Positions 18,651-26,929 of a DNA stretch of 32,000 nt are shown here, one piece after another. Every line of letters starts with the position of its first letter. The stretch's first letter is position 1. Made by a program: the position numbers and the translations under genes. Origin of the DNA: Promethearchaeota archaeon (GTDB lineage: Archaea; Asgardarchaeota; Hermodarchaeia; Hermodarchaeales; Hermodarchaeaceae). The DNA is taken from the NCBI GenBank assembly GCA_048938295.1, contig JBHLMI010000008.1, positions 1 through 32,000 of the forward strand. Reading direction: 5' to 3'. Under the pieces are notes generated by a model. The model was given only the letters and a program-made list of their open reading frames with translations. It was not told where the DNA came from and did no database searches.

Positions 18651-19568
18651 ATGCCCCAAGGGGCAGCGTTATTAGAATTCGACCAGAAAATGGGACCTAT
18701 CTTCAAAGTTGCTATTCCTAACACACTTGAAGTTACCCAGGATGAAACGATTGTTCTCTTCACCACGCGAACTAAGATGGACGAAGGATTTACCAGTTTG
18801 AAGGTTAAAGACCGAAACTGGGTAACTTATCTGAATCCTCCTTATCTTTACTGTATCTTGCTTACACCCGCTGAACATCAAAACGACTTCGAAATACCCA
18901 TGACAGAAGTACTCAATAATTTCCAACCAAATAATAGGGTTTCCACAGAGGTTCTTAATGAACTGTATGATGATATCGTTTCCCGTATTGGTGATGGTTT
19001 ACGAAGACGTTTATCAGAACAACTAATAGTTCAAAAGCTTCTCGCATTCATTCGGGAATCACAAGAAGCGTTGCGACCTTCCTGGTCAATAAAGACTGGG
19101 TATCATTACCCCAGGGCTGAAAGCATCACCGGTGAATCACCTGAAGATACAAACGCGCTGCTTGGTGTTATGATGACAGCGGGATTACTCTATGGGCGAA
19201 TCTGTGGAAATATTGCAATCTGCCCCCAATGCTCAAATCCTAAAATCGGACTGCACGCAAGTTGTCCGAAATGTGGGTTACCAACTCTTGAAGCAGGCAT
19301 AGCTATTGAGCATTTTACTTGTGAATATACGGCGTTCATCGAGAAGTTTTCGACATCCCAGGGTCTCGTCTGTCCTCAATGTCATGCTTTGTTATCGACT
19401 GGCACTTATCGATCTTTAGGTCGCGTCTACCATTGTGTCACTTGCAAAAGCTATCCTCCTTCTGTAGAGCCTATGTTCGGCTGTCTGACATGTCAATTTA
19501 CTTTTACAGCAAATGAGGCGAAATATTTACCTGTATATTGTTTCACCATAGCTGAAGAGACAGAATAG
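18651..19568 (+). CDS. uDENN/longin-like N-terminal domain fused to a TackOD1-like multi-zinc-finger domain
   Basis: N-terminus 'ALLEFDQKMGPIFKVAIP'; C-terminal 'GYHYP', CPQC, CPKC, EHFTC, CPQC, CVTC and CLTC array. Confidence 0.65.
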   Translation: MPQGAALLEFDQKMGPIFKVAIPNTLEVTQDETIVLFTTRTKMDEGFTSLKVKDRNWVTYLNPPYLYCILLTPAEHQNDFEIPMTEVLNNFQPNNRVSTEVLNELYDDIVSRIGDGLRRRLSEQLIVQKLLAFIRESQEALRPSWSIKTGYHYPRAESITGESPEDTNALLGVMMTAGLLYGRICGNIAICPQCSNPKIGLHASCPKCGLPTLEAGIAIEHFTCEYTAFIEKFSTSQGLVCPQCHALLSTGTYRSLGRVYHCVTCKSYPPSVEPMFGCLTCQFTFTANEAKYLPVYCFTIAEETE

Positions 19569-19645
19569 TAGCGAAATTCTACTTTACTAGTTTTAAATAC
19601 CAGAAGTAAGAAACCGGTACATCTCACTTCACCGAAGACTGTAAG

Positions 19646-20491
19646 GTGTCAGATATGGTTAACTTACTCATCGGGTTCGGTATACCCAACTGGGCTTGGG
19701 ACATCATAGCCCTTGTGATAACATTTCTTGTTATCCTTATCCTGATTCGTGTCAACGACATTCTTAGGAAGCGAGAGATTATACCAATCTATATCTCACG
19801 AAAAGTCATCCATATTTTCGCGGCGCCAATCTTTCTTGTATGCTGGTTGCTCTTCTCTGGAGACTACTATAGCCGCTATTTTGCGATGATGGTTCCTCTC
19901 CTCTTCGTTCTGTTGTTCATTGGCATTGGAACTGGCATGATAAAGAATGAAGAATTCGTCAATACAATGTCTCGTGAAGGGAAACCTAGCGAACTGCTCA
20001 AGGGGACACTGTTCTATGCGGTTATCATGGTGCTTTCAAGTATCTTCTTCTGGTATGTTCCTGTTGATGGCACGTTGCAACCGAGATGGATAGTGTTTAT
20101 CCCAACAGCGGTTCTGATCTTCGGTCCGCTAGCAGGTGGCGATGGCTTTGCTGATTTGATTGGTCGACGGTTTGGAAAATGGAAGTTCCATATTTTTGCT
20201 GAAAAGAGCTTACTCGGTACGCTGTCAATGTTTATATTCAGTCTCCTTGGAACTTTAGGCCTTCTATTCGTTTTCTGGTTAGTCCTTGACCCTATTTGGG
20301 CATCAGTCAATGTAACCGTACTACTCATCCCAATCATCGTAGTATCCCTAGTATGTACAATCATCGAAGTCTTTAGTCCACAGAATATGGATAACCTTTT
20401 GATACCATTGTTTGCAGTGATTACCCTCTTCGTCCTAGCCCTCGTTGGCTTGTATCCATACCCCATTTGGCATACCGGACCCCTACCTTAG
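19646..20491 (+). CDS. CTP-dependent prenol kinase (phytol/farnesol/dolichol kinase family)
   Basis: Polytopic; motifs 'SRKVIHI', 'SREG.P.ELL.G.LFY', 'GGDGFADLIGRRFG', 'KS..G' and 'E......DNL.IP'. Confidence 0.85.
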   Translation: MSDMVNLLIGFGIPNWAWDIIALVITFLVILILIRVNDILRKREIIPIYISRKVIHIFAAPIFLVCWLLFSGDYYSRYFAMMVPLLFVLLFIGIGTGMIKNEEFVNTMSREGKPSELLKGTLFYAVIMVLSSIFFWYVPVDGTLQPRWIVFIPTAVLIFGPLAGGDGFADLIGRRFGKWKFHIFAEKSLLGTLSMFIFSLLGTLGLLFVFWLVLDPIWASVNVTVLLIPIIVVSLVCTIIEVFSPQNMDNLLIPLFAVITLFVLALVGLYPYPIWHTGPLP

Positions 20492-20555
20492 GTCCATTCA
20501 GAAGACCTTTTCAGGTAGGGCGTCCATTAACTACCTGTTCTGCCTTGCGGGTAGG

Positions 20556-21407
20556 ATGCGGGAGTCCAAATACCATCAATTGAGAAAGGAGCTGCAAGAT
20601 TCATTGCCAAGACGTCTTACCATTATCAAACTCGGTGGGTCTCTCATCACTGATAAGAGTAAGCCCTATACTCTGCGAGAGGAGCAGCTGAAACGCATTA
20701 CCCAAGAAATCGCGGAAGTACTCGGTCCCTGTGTCATAGTTCATGGTGTTGGAAGCTTTGGTCATGTCCCAGTGATTGAGAGGAAATTATACGAGGGTTA
20801 TAAGGGCCCTGAACAGCTTCCTGGTTTATCTCAAACCATGGTTGAAGTATTTGAACTCAGGATGGCTGTAACCAAAGCTGTGACGGATGCCGGACTAGCT
20901 CCAATCGTGTTTTTACCGAGTAATATCTTCTTCATGACCGAAGGAGAAATTACAGGTCACTTCAGTGGGGGCCTTCGTCAGTATCTGGATTTGGGTATGA
21001 CCCTACTCATGGGTGGTGATATGTGTGCTGACTCCCAACGTGGTTTTAGCGTTTGCTCCGGGGATAAGGTCGTCCAGCTGCTCTCGCGTCTTCTTGGACC
21101 CCGGGATGTTATCTTCGCTACAGATGTTGCTGGAATTTATACTGCAGATCCTAAACTAGATCCAAAGGCAGAACTCATTCCTCGTATCTCACTCGCCAAA
21201 ATTGAAGAGTATGAAAAGCTTGCCGATGAAGCGGCGACCCCTGATATAACCAAAGGGATGCGGGGGAAGTTGGAAGAAATCAAACGATTTGAATCCATTC
21301 TAAAGAGTGGGGCTGAAGTGGCTATTTTAGGCATGACAGAGCCAGGAATATTACGCCGATATATGAATGGTGATCCGGATGTCCCTTGTACGAGAATCAC
21401 CCTCTAA
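20556..21407 (+). CDS. ipk: isopentenyl phosphate kinase (amino-acid kinase fold)
   Basis: Motifs 'IIKLGGSLITDK', 'IVHGVGSFGH' (IPK-type His), 'SGD', 'TDV.GIY..DP' and 'DIT.GM.GK'. Start placed at ATG 20556. Confidence 0.85.
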   Translation: MRESKYHQLRKELQDSLPRRLTIIKLGGSLITDKSKPYTLREEQLKRITQEIAEVLGPCVIVHGVGSFGHVPVIERKLYEGYKGPEQLPGLSQTMVEVFELRMAVTKAVTDAGLAPIVFLPSNIFFMTEGEITGHFSGGLRQYLDLGMTLLMGGDMCADSQRGFSVCSGDKVVQLLSRLLGPRDVIFATDVAGIYTADPKLDPKAELIPRISLAKIEEYEKLADEAATPDITKGMRGKLEEIKRFESILKSGAEVAILGMTEPGILRRYMNGDPDVPCTRITL

Positions 21408-21733
21408 ATTAAATCTAACCTCCATCAATTTCGCTTGAACATTCGACGAATCTAGGATTTAATCGAATCATGCAGAAGATCATGTTGCCTAATCCAGCGA
21501 TGGCACGAAAAGGCTACGTCGTGGATTCTCAAAATAAATGAATTGAATACCTAGACACAGTGTATCTGACTAACGCTGTTATACGAATTTTCACGTCATA
21601 TGTCCTTTTAGAGGGCAAAAAGGACCTGTAGAAGCATATGATGGATTTTTCTGAAAAGTACTAATTCTTTTTACGGCACTAGTGTATACTGTTAGAGTAT
21701 CCCCACGGACTCGATACAACAGGATGGAGCATT

Positions 21734-22972
21734 TTGCCAATTAATATCATCGCATTTTTTTCCCCTTCCTCTATGAAACGCCGGGTTTCAGGAATCTTGG
21801 ACAAACTCAAAACTGCAGAGGCACAAGTGTTTACCCCTGACACCTATGTGAGCGAGGGTATGAGGCGCGATAAAACCATTCGTAATCAACATAACTACAT
21901 CTTTGTTGGATCAGGAGGAACTGAAGCGGATATTGTGAAATTCATAGGCAAAGTCAAACTACCTCCACCGATTCTCCTCCTTTCGTTTGACGAAGATAAT
22001 TCTCTACCAGCGGCGATGGAGGTTCGTAAATATTTGGATCAAGAAGGCATTGAGTCACGGATTGTGCATGAGTCATTGGATCGGTTGATTGACCGAATTT
22101 CTGAATGGGGTCACTTTGATACAGTTCTGACACGGTTGCAGAATAGTCGAATTGGCATCTTTGGGAAACCATCCGCTTGGTTAATTGCCTCGAGCATAGA
22201 TAGACAGTCAGTGCATTCAAAGTGGGGAGTTGAATTCAAAGAATACCCCATGAAAACATTAGTAGAGCGAACAGATGATGAGCTTTGGGCCGAATTTGCC
22301 CCCAACCTTGAGAAATTCCTAAACGAGGCAACAACAATTGAATGTAACAACGAGGACCTACAGAAAGTTGCCATTGTCGCCCAAGCTCTGGTAGCTTCAG
22401 CAAAAAATCATGATCTCAATGCAGTTACCCTTGAATGCTTCAGACTCCTTGAGGAGACTAATACTTCAGGATGCTATGCAGTTTCTCACATTAACTCATT
22501 AGATGATCTTGTGGCAGGATGTGAAGGGGATTTACCTACGGTCTTTAGCATGCTCCTAGCGAAATACCTCACAAATCAATCTGTTTTCATGGCTAATGTG
22601 GTGGATGTGAATTTAGATAATAACTCAGTGGTATTTGCCCACTGCACCGTTCCAACGAATATCCTCGAATCCTATGATATAACCACACATTTTGAATCGA
22701 ACAAAAGTGTCGCCATTCGTGGTCGATTCCCCTTCCGTGATATTACAGTGTTCAAATTGTTCGGAAAAGATCTCACTGACTTCTGGGTATCAGAGGGTGT
22801 CATTACTAAAAACCTAACAAGGGAACATGCCTGTCGTACGCAAATCCGGACAACCCTCACTGAATCAGTGGCTTATTTCCTCGAAAATTCCCTTGCAAAC
22901 CATCATGTCATTATTCCTGGGAAGCACAAACAGCGAATTGTCGACTTCTTTAACTTCATTCACCGACGCTAA
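21734..22972 (+). CDS. L-fucose/L-arabinose isomerase-related protein
   Basis: Motifs 'G.PSAWLIAS', 'T..CF', 'GCEGD', 'FMAN', 'FAHCTVP', 'THFES', 'CRTQ' and 'LANHHV'; TTG start. Confidence 0.75.
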   Translation: MPINIIAFFSPSSMKRRVSGILDKLKTAEAQVFTPDTYVSEGMRRDKTIRNQHNYIFVGSGGTEADIVKFIGKVKLPPPILLLSFDEDNSLPAAMEVRKYLDQEGIESRIVHESLDRLIDRISEWGHFDTVLTRLQNSRIGIFGKPSAWLIASSIDRQSVHSKWGVEFKEYPMKTLVERTDDELWAEFAPNLEKFLNEATTIECNNEDLQKVAIVAQALVASAKNHDLNAVTLECFRLLEETNTSGCYAVSHINSLDDLVAGCEGDLPTVFSMLLAKYLTNQSVFMANVVDVNLDNNSVVFAHCTVPTNILESYDITTHFESNKSVAIRGRFPFRDITVFKLFGKDLTDFWVSEGVITKNLTREHACRTQIRTTLTESVAYFLENSLANHHVIIPGKHKQRIVDFFNFIHRR

Positions 22973-22987
22973 TCGGCTTCCCTTCGC

Positions 22988-23386
22988 TTAGATATTGTTA
23001 AAATTTCTTGTTATAATCCATCCGATCACAAACAGGGCGAGAATCACACATTGGATGGCTAATGTGGTGGCAAACTGCATCAGACCGAGGATTTGAAAAG
23101 TAAATCCTGCAACATTGGCAGACATCAACCCAATCACCACAAATATTGTGAGTACGGCGACAAAACGTCTTTCAAGGGGTTTCTGGTAAGCCCAAACTAA
23201 TAGAAGGGTCCAGCCTAGCATCAAAGCCGCCCCGAACCACATCGCGAAGAGGTATTCACCGGTGATGTTAGTAAAACCCCAGATTATGGTTGCAACTAAG
23301 GGGAAAAGCAGGGGAATAAGAGTGATCGCATCCATTATGGCTCCTGCGAGAAACGCGATTTTCAACCAGATAACTCGGTGAATCAT
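22988..23386 (-). CDS. hypothetical membrane protein (about 4 TM)
   Basis: 132 aa, four hydrophobic stretches, 'WAYQKPLERR' loop. Confidence 0.65.
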   Translation of the reverse strand: MIHRVIWLKIAFLAGAIMDAITLIPLLFPLVATIIWGFTNITGEYLFAMWFGAALMLGWTLLLVWAYQKPLERRFVAVLTIFVVIGLMSANVAGFTFQILGLMQFATTLAIQCVILALFVIGWIITRNFNNI

Positions 23387-23461
23387 CTCGAAGAACCTCT
23401 AACCATTTTATTAAGTTAGAGAGACTTAGCAGTTGCTGCTTAATAAAAATACATTGATTAG

Positions 23462-23614
23462 TTATTCAGTGGGTTTGGTGGCTACAAGTACGCCTATGAT
23501 GACAAGGAGACCAGCAAGGAATCCGGTCACAAAGAGTGTAATAAGCCCTGTGATGATTAGTAACACTCGGTATTGATACCATATTTCACCGTCAGCACCT
23601 GAGTATCCAAGCAT
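23462..23614 (-). CDS. 50-aa membrane peptide similar to the C-terminus of 31142-31501 (not in ORF track)
   Basis: ATG23614..TAA23462 encodes MLGYSGADGEIWYQYRVLLIITGLITLFVTGFLAGLLVIIGVLVATKPTE. Confidence 0.5.
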   Translation of the reverse strand: MLGYSGADGEIWYQYRVLLIITGLITLFVTGFLAGLLVIIGVLVATKPTE

Positions 23615-23634
23615 GCGGTGATAGTTATAAGAAG

Positions 23635-25338
23635 CTAGGGGCGCATCTCATAGAGGTCTTTGTGCTTCAGGACGACTTCCCATGACCGTTTATAGCGGTC
23701 AGGATCATGGTTGGGTTTGCGAAGCATCTGCATGCAGTATTCGGCTTGGGCCAGAGTCGTACTGGATTTCCCATGAAGTTGTAAAGCATAGCGAGAGCAA
23801 TCGCGAACCATGAAGTCAAAGATTTGATCAACGATATCGGCACTCTGCTCATAGAGCTGTGCGTTCTCCAAAATAAGTTGGCCATACACAATCAGAGCAA
23901 ATAACTCTGTGATAGCCATGGAAAAGTCAGTATCCTTTTGCTGGTCTACAGTGGGCGTAGCATTCGAAAGGAGCTCCTTGAATACATCGATTTGATCATG
24001 GAAGATTCGTACATTGGGGAGATCCACTTGGCTGAATATCGTGTTATAATCATGGAATTGGATTTTCCCCAGTCCGCGAGTGGGGCCTTGGTCAAAGAGG
24101 AACGTGTCGTGTGCAGGCTGGTCTTGACGTGAAACAGATGCGTAGTCTTTGTGGTTGAAAAAGTAGTTGAAGATAAATTTGGCAACCAACGCAAGATTAA
24201 CGTGGACCGTGCCTTCGAGTTTGGGAAGCGCTCGAATGTCACGAGCCGCCATTTCAAAATAGGTATCCTTCTCAAAGCCTTTGGCTGCAATGACGTCCCA
24301 CAAAAGGTTGATGACCTCTTCCCCTTGGAGGGTTACCTTCATTTTCACCATGGTATTGTAGAGGAGGTACCGCCGATCATCAGGAGAAGCAATCCGCATG
24401 TAATCTACTGCTCGCAGTGCGAAAAGCTTCATTGCGACTAGCCTAGTGTAAGCATCGACGAACATCTGTTTGACATGGGGGAAGTCGGTGACCATCATCC
24501 CATAGAGTTGGCGGTTGGCAGCATGGTTGATGGACTCATAGAAGGCATGGGTGCATATACCAATAGATGCCACGCCGAGATTGTATTTACCAACATTGAC
24601 TGTATTAAGAGCAGAATCCCATGCATCTTGTCCTTGGGAGAGAATCTCGTCTGGGGTGATTTTGTAGTTGTGGAGGCTAAATTCGGCGACGAAGTTTTGG
24701 CTGTTACATATGTTCTTTACCAAGTCATAATTTTGATTACGATAATCAGCGACGAAGAAGACGTAATCACCAGAATCTGTCATTTTACCGAAGCTTGAGA
24801 CCATGGGTGCTGTATTAGCATTACCGATGTAGTACTTGGCTCCGTTAGCCAGGTAACTGCCATCTGCCTGAGGGCTCAATGACATTTCGGTTGAATAGAT
24901 ATCTGCACCGTGCACCTTTTCCGATAGCCCAAACGCGAAGACTGCACCATCCTTGAGGTGCTCTGCGGCTCGCTTCTTGAGCTTCTCGTTCTTACTCATC
25001 CAAATCGGACCTAATCCGAGGATACTCACCTGCCAAGTATACCAGTATGCCAGACCATAGAAGGCTAGAATTTCGTTGAAGGCATAGTTTCGCCACATAT
25101 CCCATCGAGTGTCTTTATCTCCATATTCAGAGGGCGTAAGCAGGGTCAAAAAGATTCGTTCCTTCTTCTGAAAGGCAATGAAGTCCTCATAGAAGATGCG
25201 GTTGTGGTCGTCTTCTTTGAGTTTCTGTTTCCCTTTATTCTCAAAGAATTCGATGGTCTTGAGCATTATCTCTTTTGATTTCTTGTCAGGAAATTGGTGT
25301 TGGTAATCTCGTGGATTTAGCAGAAGCATTTGTGTCAC
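23635..25338 (-). CDS. acyl-CoA dehydrogenase
   Basis: Motifs 'FGLSE..HGAD', 'NGAKYYIGN', 'FPHV', 'AAKGF' and catalytic-Glu-region 'LEGT'. Confidence 0.9.
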   Translation of the reverse strand: MTQMLLLNPRDYQHQFPDKKSKEIMLKTIEFFENKGKQKLKEDDHNRIFYEDFIAFQKKERIFLTLLTPSEYGDKDTRWDMWRNYAFNEILAFYGLAYWYTWQVSILGLGPIWMSKNEKLKKRAAEHLKDGAVFAFGLSEKVHGADIYSTEMSLSPQADGSYLANGAKYYIGNANTAPMVSSFGKMTDSGDYVFFVADYRNQNYDLVKNICNSQNFVAEFSLHNYKITPDEILSQGQDAWDSALNTVNVGKYNLGVASIGICTHAFYESINHAANRQLYGMMVTDFPHVKQMFVDAYTRLVAMKLFALRAVDYMRIASPDDRRYLLYNTMVKMKVTLQGEEVINLLWDVIAAKGFEKDTYFEMAARDIRALPKLEGTVHVNLALVAKFIFNYFFNHKDYASVSRQDQPAHDTFLFDQGPTRGLGKIQFHDYNTIFSQVDLPNVRIFHDQIDVFKELLSNATPTVDQQKDTDFSMAITELFALIVYGQLILENAQLYEQSADIVDQIFDFMVRDCSRYALQLHGKSSTTLAQAEYCMQMLRKPNHDPDRYKRSWEVVLKHKDLYEMRP

Positions 25339-25421
25339 TCTCTACAGTAGTTCTTCTGTGGTTGTATCTATGGTAGCTGAAGCATCATATAGATTCTTCA
25401 GGTTCAACAAGAACTATTTTT

Positions 25422-26906
25422 CTAGCGTTTCCAGATTTTAATGGTTGCAAGGATTACTATAACAGCAATGAAGAAACTGGAAAAAAACACTAACAATATT
25501 GGAGTATAGAGTATGATATTGACCTGGAACTGCAACTCGTCTCCCGCAGCTTTCCATGAGCTAGCAATACCATTCATATGCGCTTGGATTTCTACCAGGT
25601 TGTTAGAAAAGCGTTGAACGGATTCGTAGATGTCCCCTGTTTCGCCATAGGCTTCGGCTATACCCCACATGGTATCCTTTATTAGTGAAGAATAGGATGT
25701 GTGATCAAAGGTTGTTAATGAAGCATTGGTGCTTAGCGCTTCGAAGTGGGGAAAGGCAGCTTGGCCAAGGGCAATCATGGCTGAGAGATCACGGTGTGGT
25801 ATGAACTTCTGGATTTGGTGTAACGCTGTTCGATAGGAATGGTATTGCAGTGTAAGCATTTGTTCTAATTGAATTCCTTGTTCGATGAGGGTTTGGATGA
25901 TGAGCTCTTCTTGGATCAGATGGGCGAGGTAGTTTGCTAGGTTTTGTGGTGACAGGTCGATACTAAGCTTCTGAAAAGCTCGCGCTCCACAGCTTACGAT
26001 TGAAGGATGAATGCTATCTAGCTCGTAAGCAATGGGCAATCCGAGAAGCCGTTGGTAAATGAATTCGGGATAGCCTGCGGAAGGAATGCTGTGAATGGTT
26101 TCTTGGGTGGCTAATTGGATAGCGCCGAAAGCGAGTGGCTCACGCGCGAGGGCTAGATCATCGTAGCTAATGTTGTAATGCCATCGTCCATCGCTGGGAT
26201 AGGCAACATTATCACCGAGAGCACCCACTCCTGGATCCATTATCCAGACGTGCTGTGAGGTATCGTTATATCCAATAGCAAGAACAGCATGTCCTGACCC
26301 AGTATCAGCAGAATGGATGTTATATTGTCGGAGGATATCATAATCGTGAACGGGGAGGTAATAAGGATCCACCCAGAGGAGAAGTGGATAACCTGAATCA
26401 AGTGAATGGCACAAGGTTGTTTGTGCTTCAGTAGCTCCAGTAATCACTTCATAATCTAGATTCCAGACATTCATGCTGAAGGATAGTAATTCGCCGATTT
26501 CTGTGGTGTTATCAAGCATCACTAAGTAGTCTATGCCAAGGAATGATTCGAGATAGTGGGCTTGGTAGAGTTGACGATAATTGGAGCCAGGTACAAAGAT
26601 TCTGGTGTTTCCTAAGTGTATGTATACTGCTGAGAAACCAACTCCTGTGGTGGCGAAGACATCATAGAGGTTCAAAGGAAGACCAAGGTGTTGGAGCGCC
26701 ATTGATAGGCAGGACCAGTGGCAGAATCCGTTCACCTCTTGCCAGACATAAGGGATGTCTTCAATGTAGGTCGCATCTTTGGGAGAAGAGGGGGTCAGGA
26801 ACTGCTCTGGAGTTCCTGACGATACACTGGGAATTAGGTTGGGAAGGAATGATAGGAGTAGTAATGTAACGAATACTATTCCGAGGAGTGTCACTTTGCT
26901 TTGCAT
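25422..26906 (-). CDS. surface-anchored C39-like (papain-fold, BtrH_N-like) cysteine peptidase domain protein
   Basis: Signal peptide; 'PYVWQE...FC..SCLSMAL' (Gln/Cys), 'GHAVLAIGY' (His), 'WIMDP' (Asp); C-terminal TM followed by KIWKR. Confidence 0.72.
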   Translation of the reverse strand: MQSKVTLLGIVFVTLLLLSFLPNLIPSVSSGTPEQFLTPSSPKDATYIEDIPYVWQEVNGFCHWSCLSMALQHLGLPLNLYDVFATTGVGFSAVYIHLGNTRIFVPGSNYRQLYQAHYLESFLGIDYLVMLDNTTEIGELLSFSMNVWNLDYEVITGATEAQTTLCHSLDSGYPLLLWVDPYYLPVHDYDILRQYNIHSADTGSGHAVLAIGYNDTSQHVWIMDPGVGALGDNVAYPSDGRWHYNISYDDLALAREPLAFGAIQLATQETIHSIPSAGYPEFIYQRLLGLPIAYELDSIHPSIVSCGARAFQKLSIDLSPQNLANYLAHLIQEELIIQTLIEQGIQLEQMLTLQYHSYRTALHQIQKFIPHRDLSAMIALGQAAFPHFEALSTNASLTTFDHTSYSSLIKDTMWGIAEAYGETGDIYESVQRFSNNLVEIQAHMNGIASSWKAAGDELQFQVNIILYTPILLVFFSSFFIAVIVILATIKIWKR

Positions 26907-26929
26907 GTGTGTCTCACCCCCGTCTTCTT

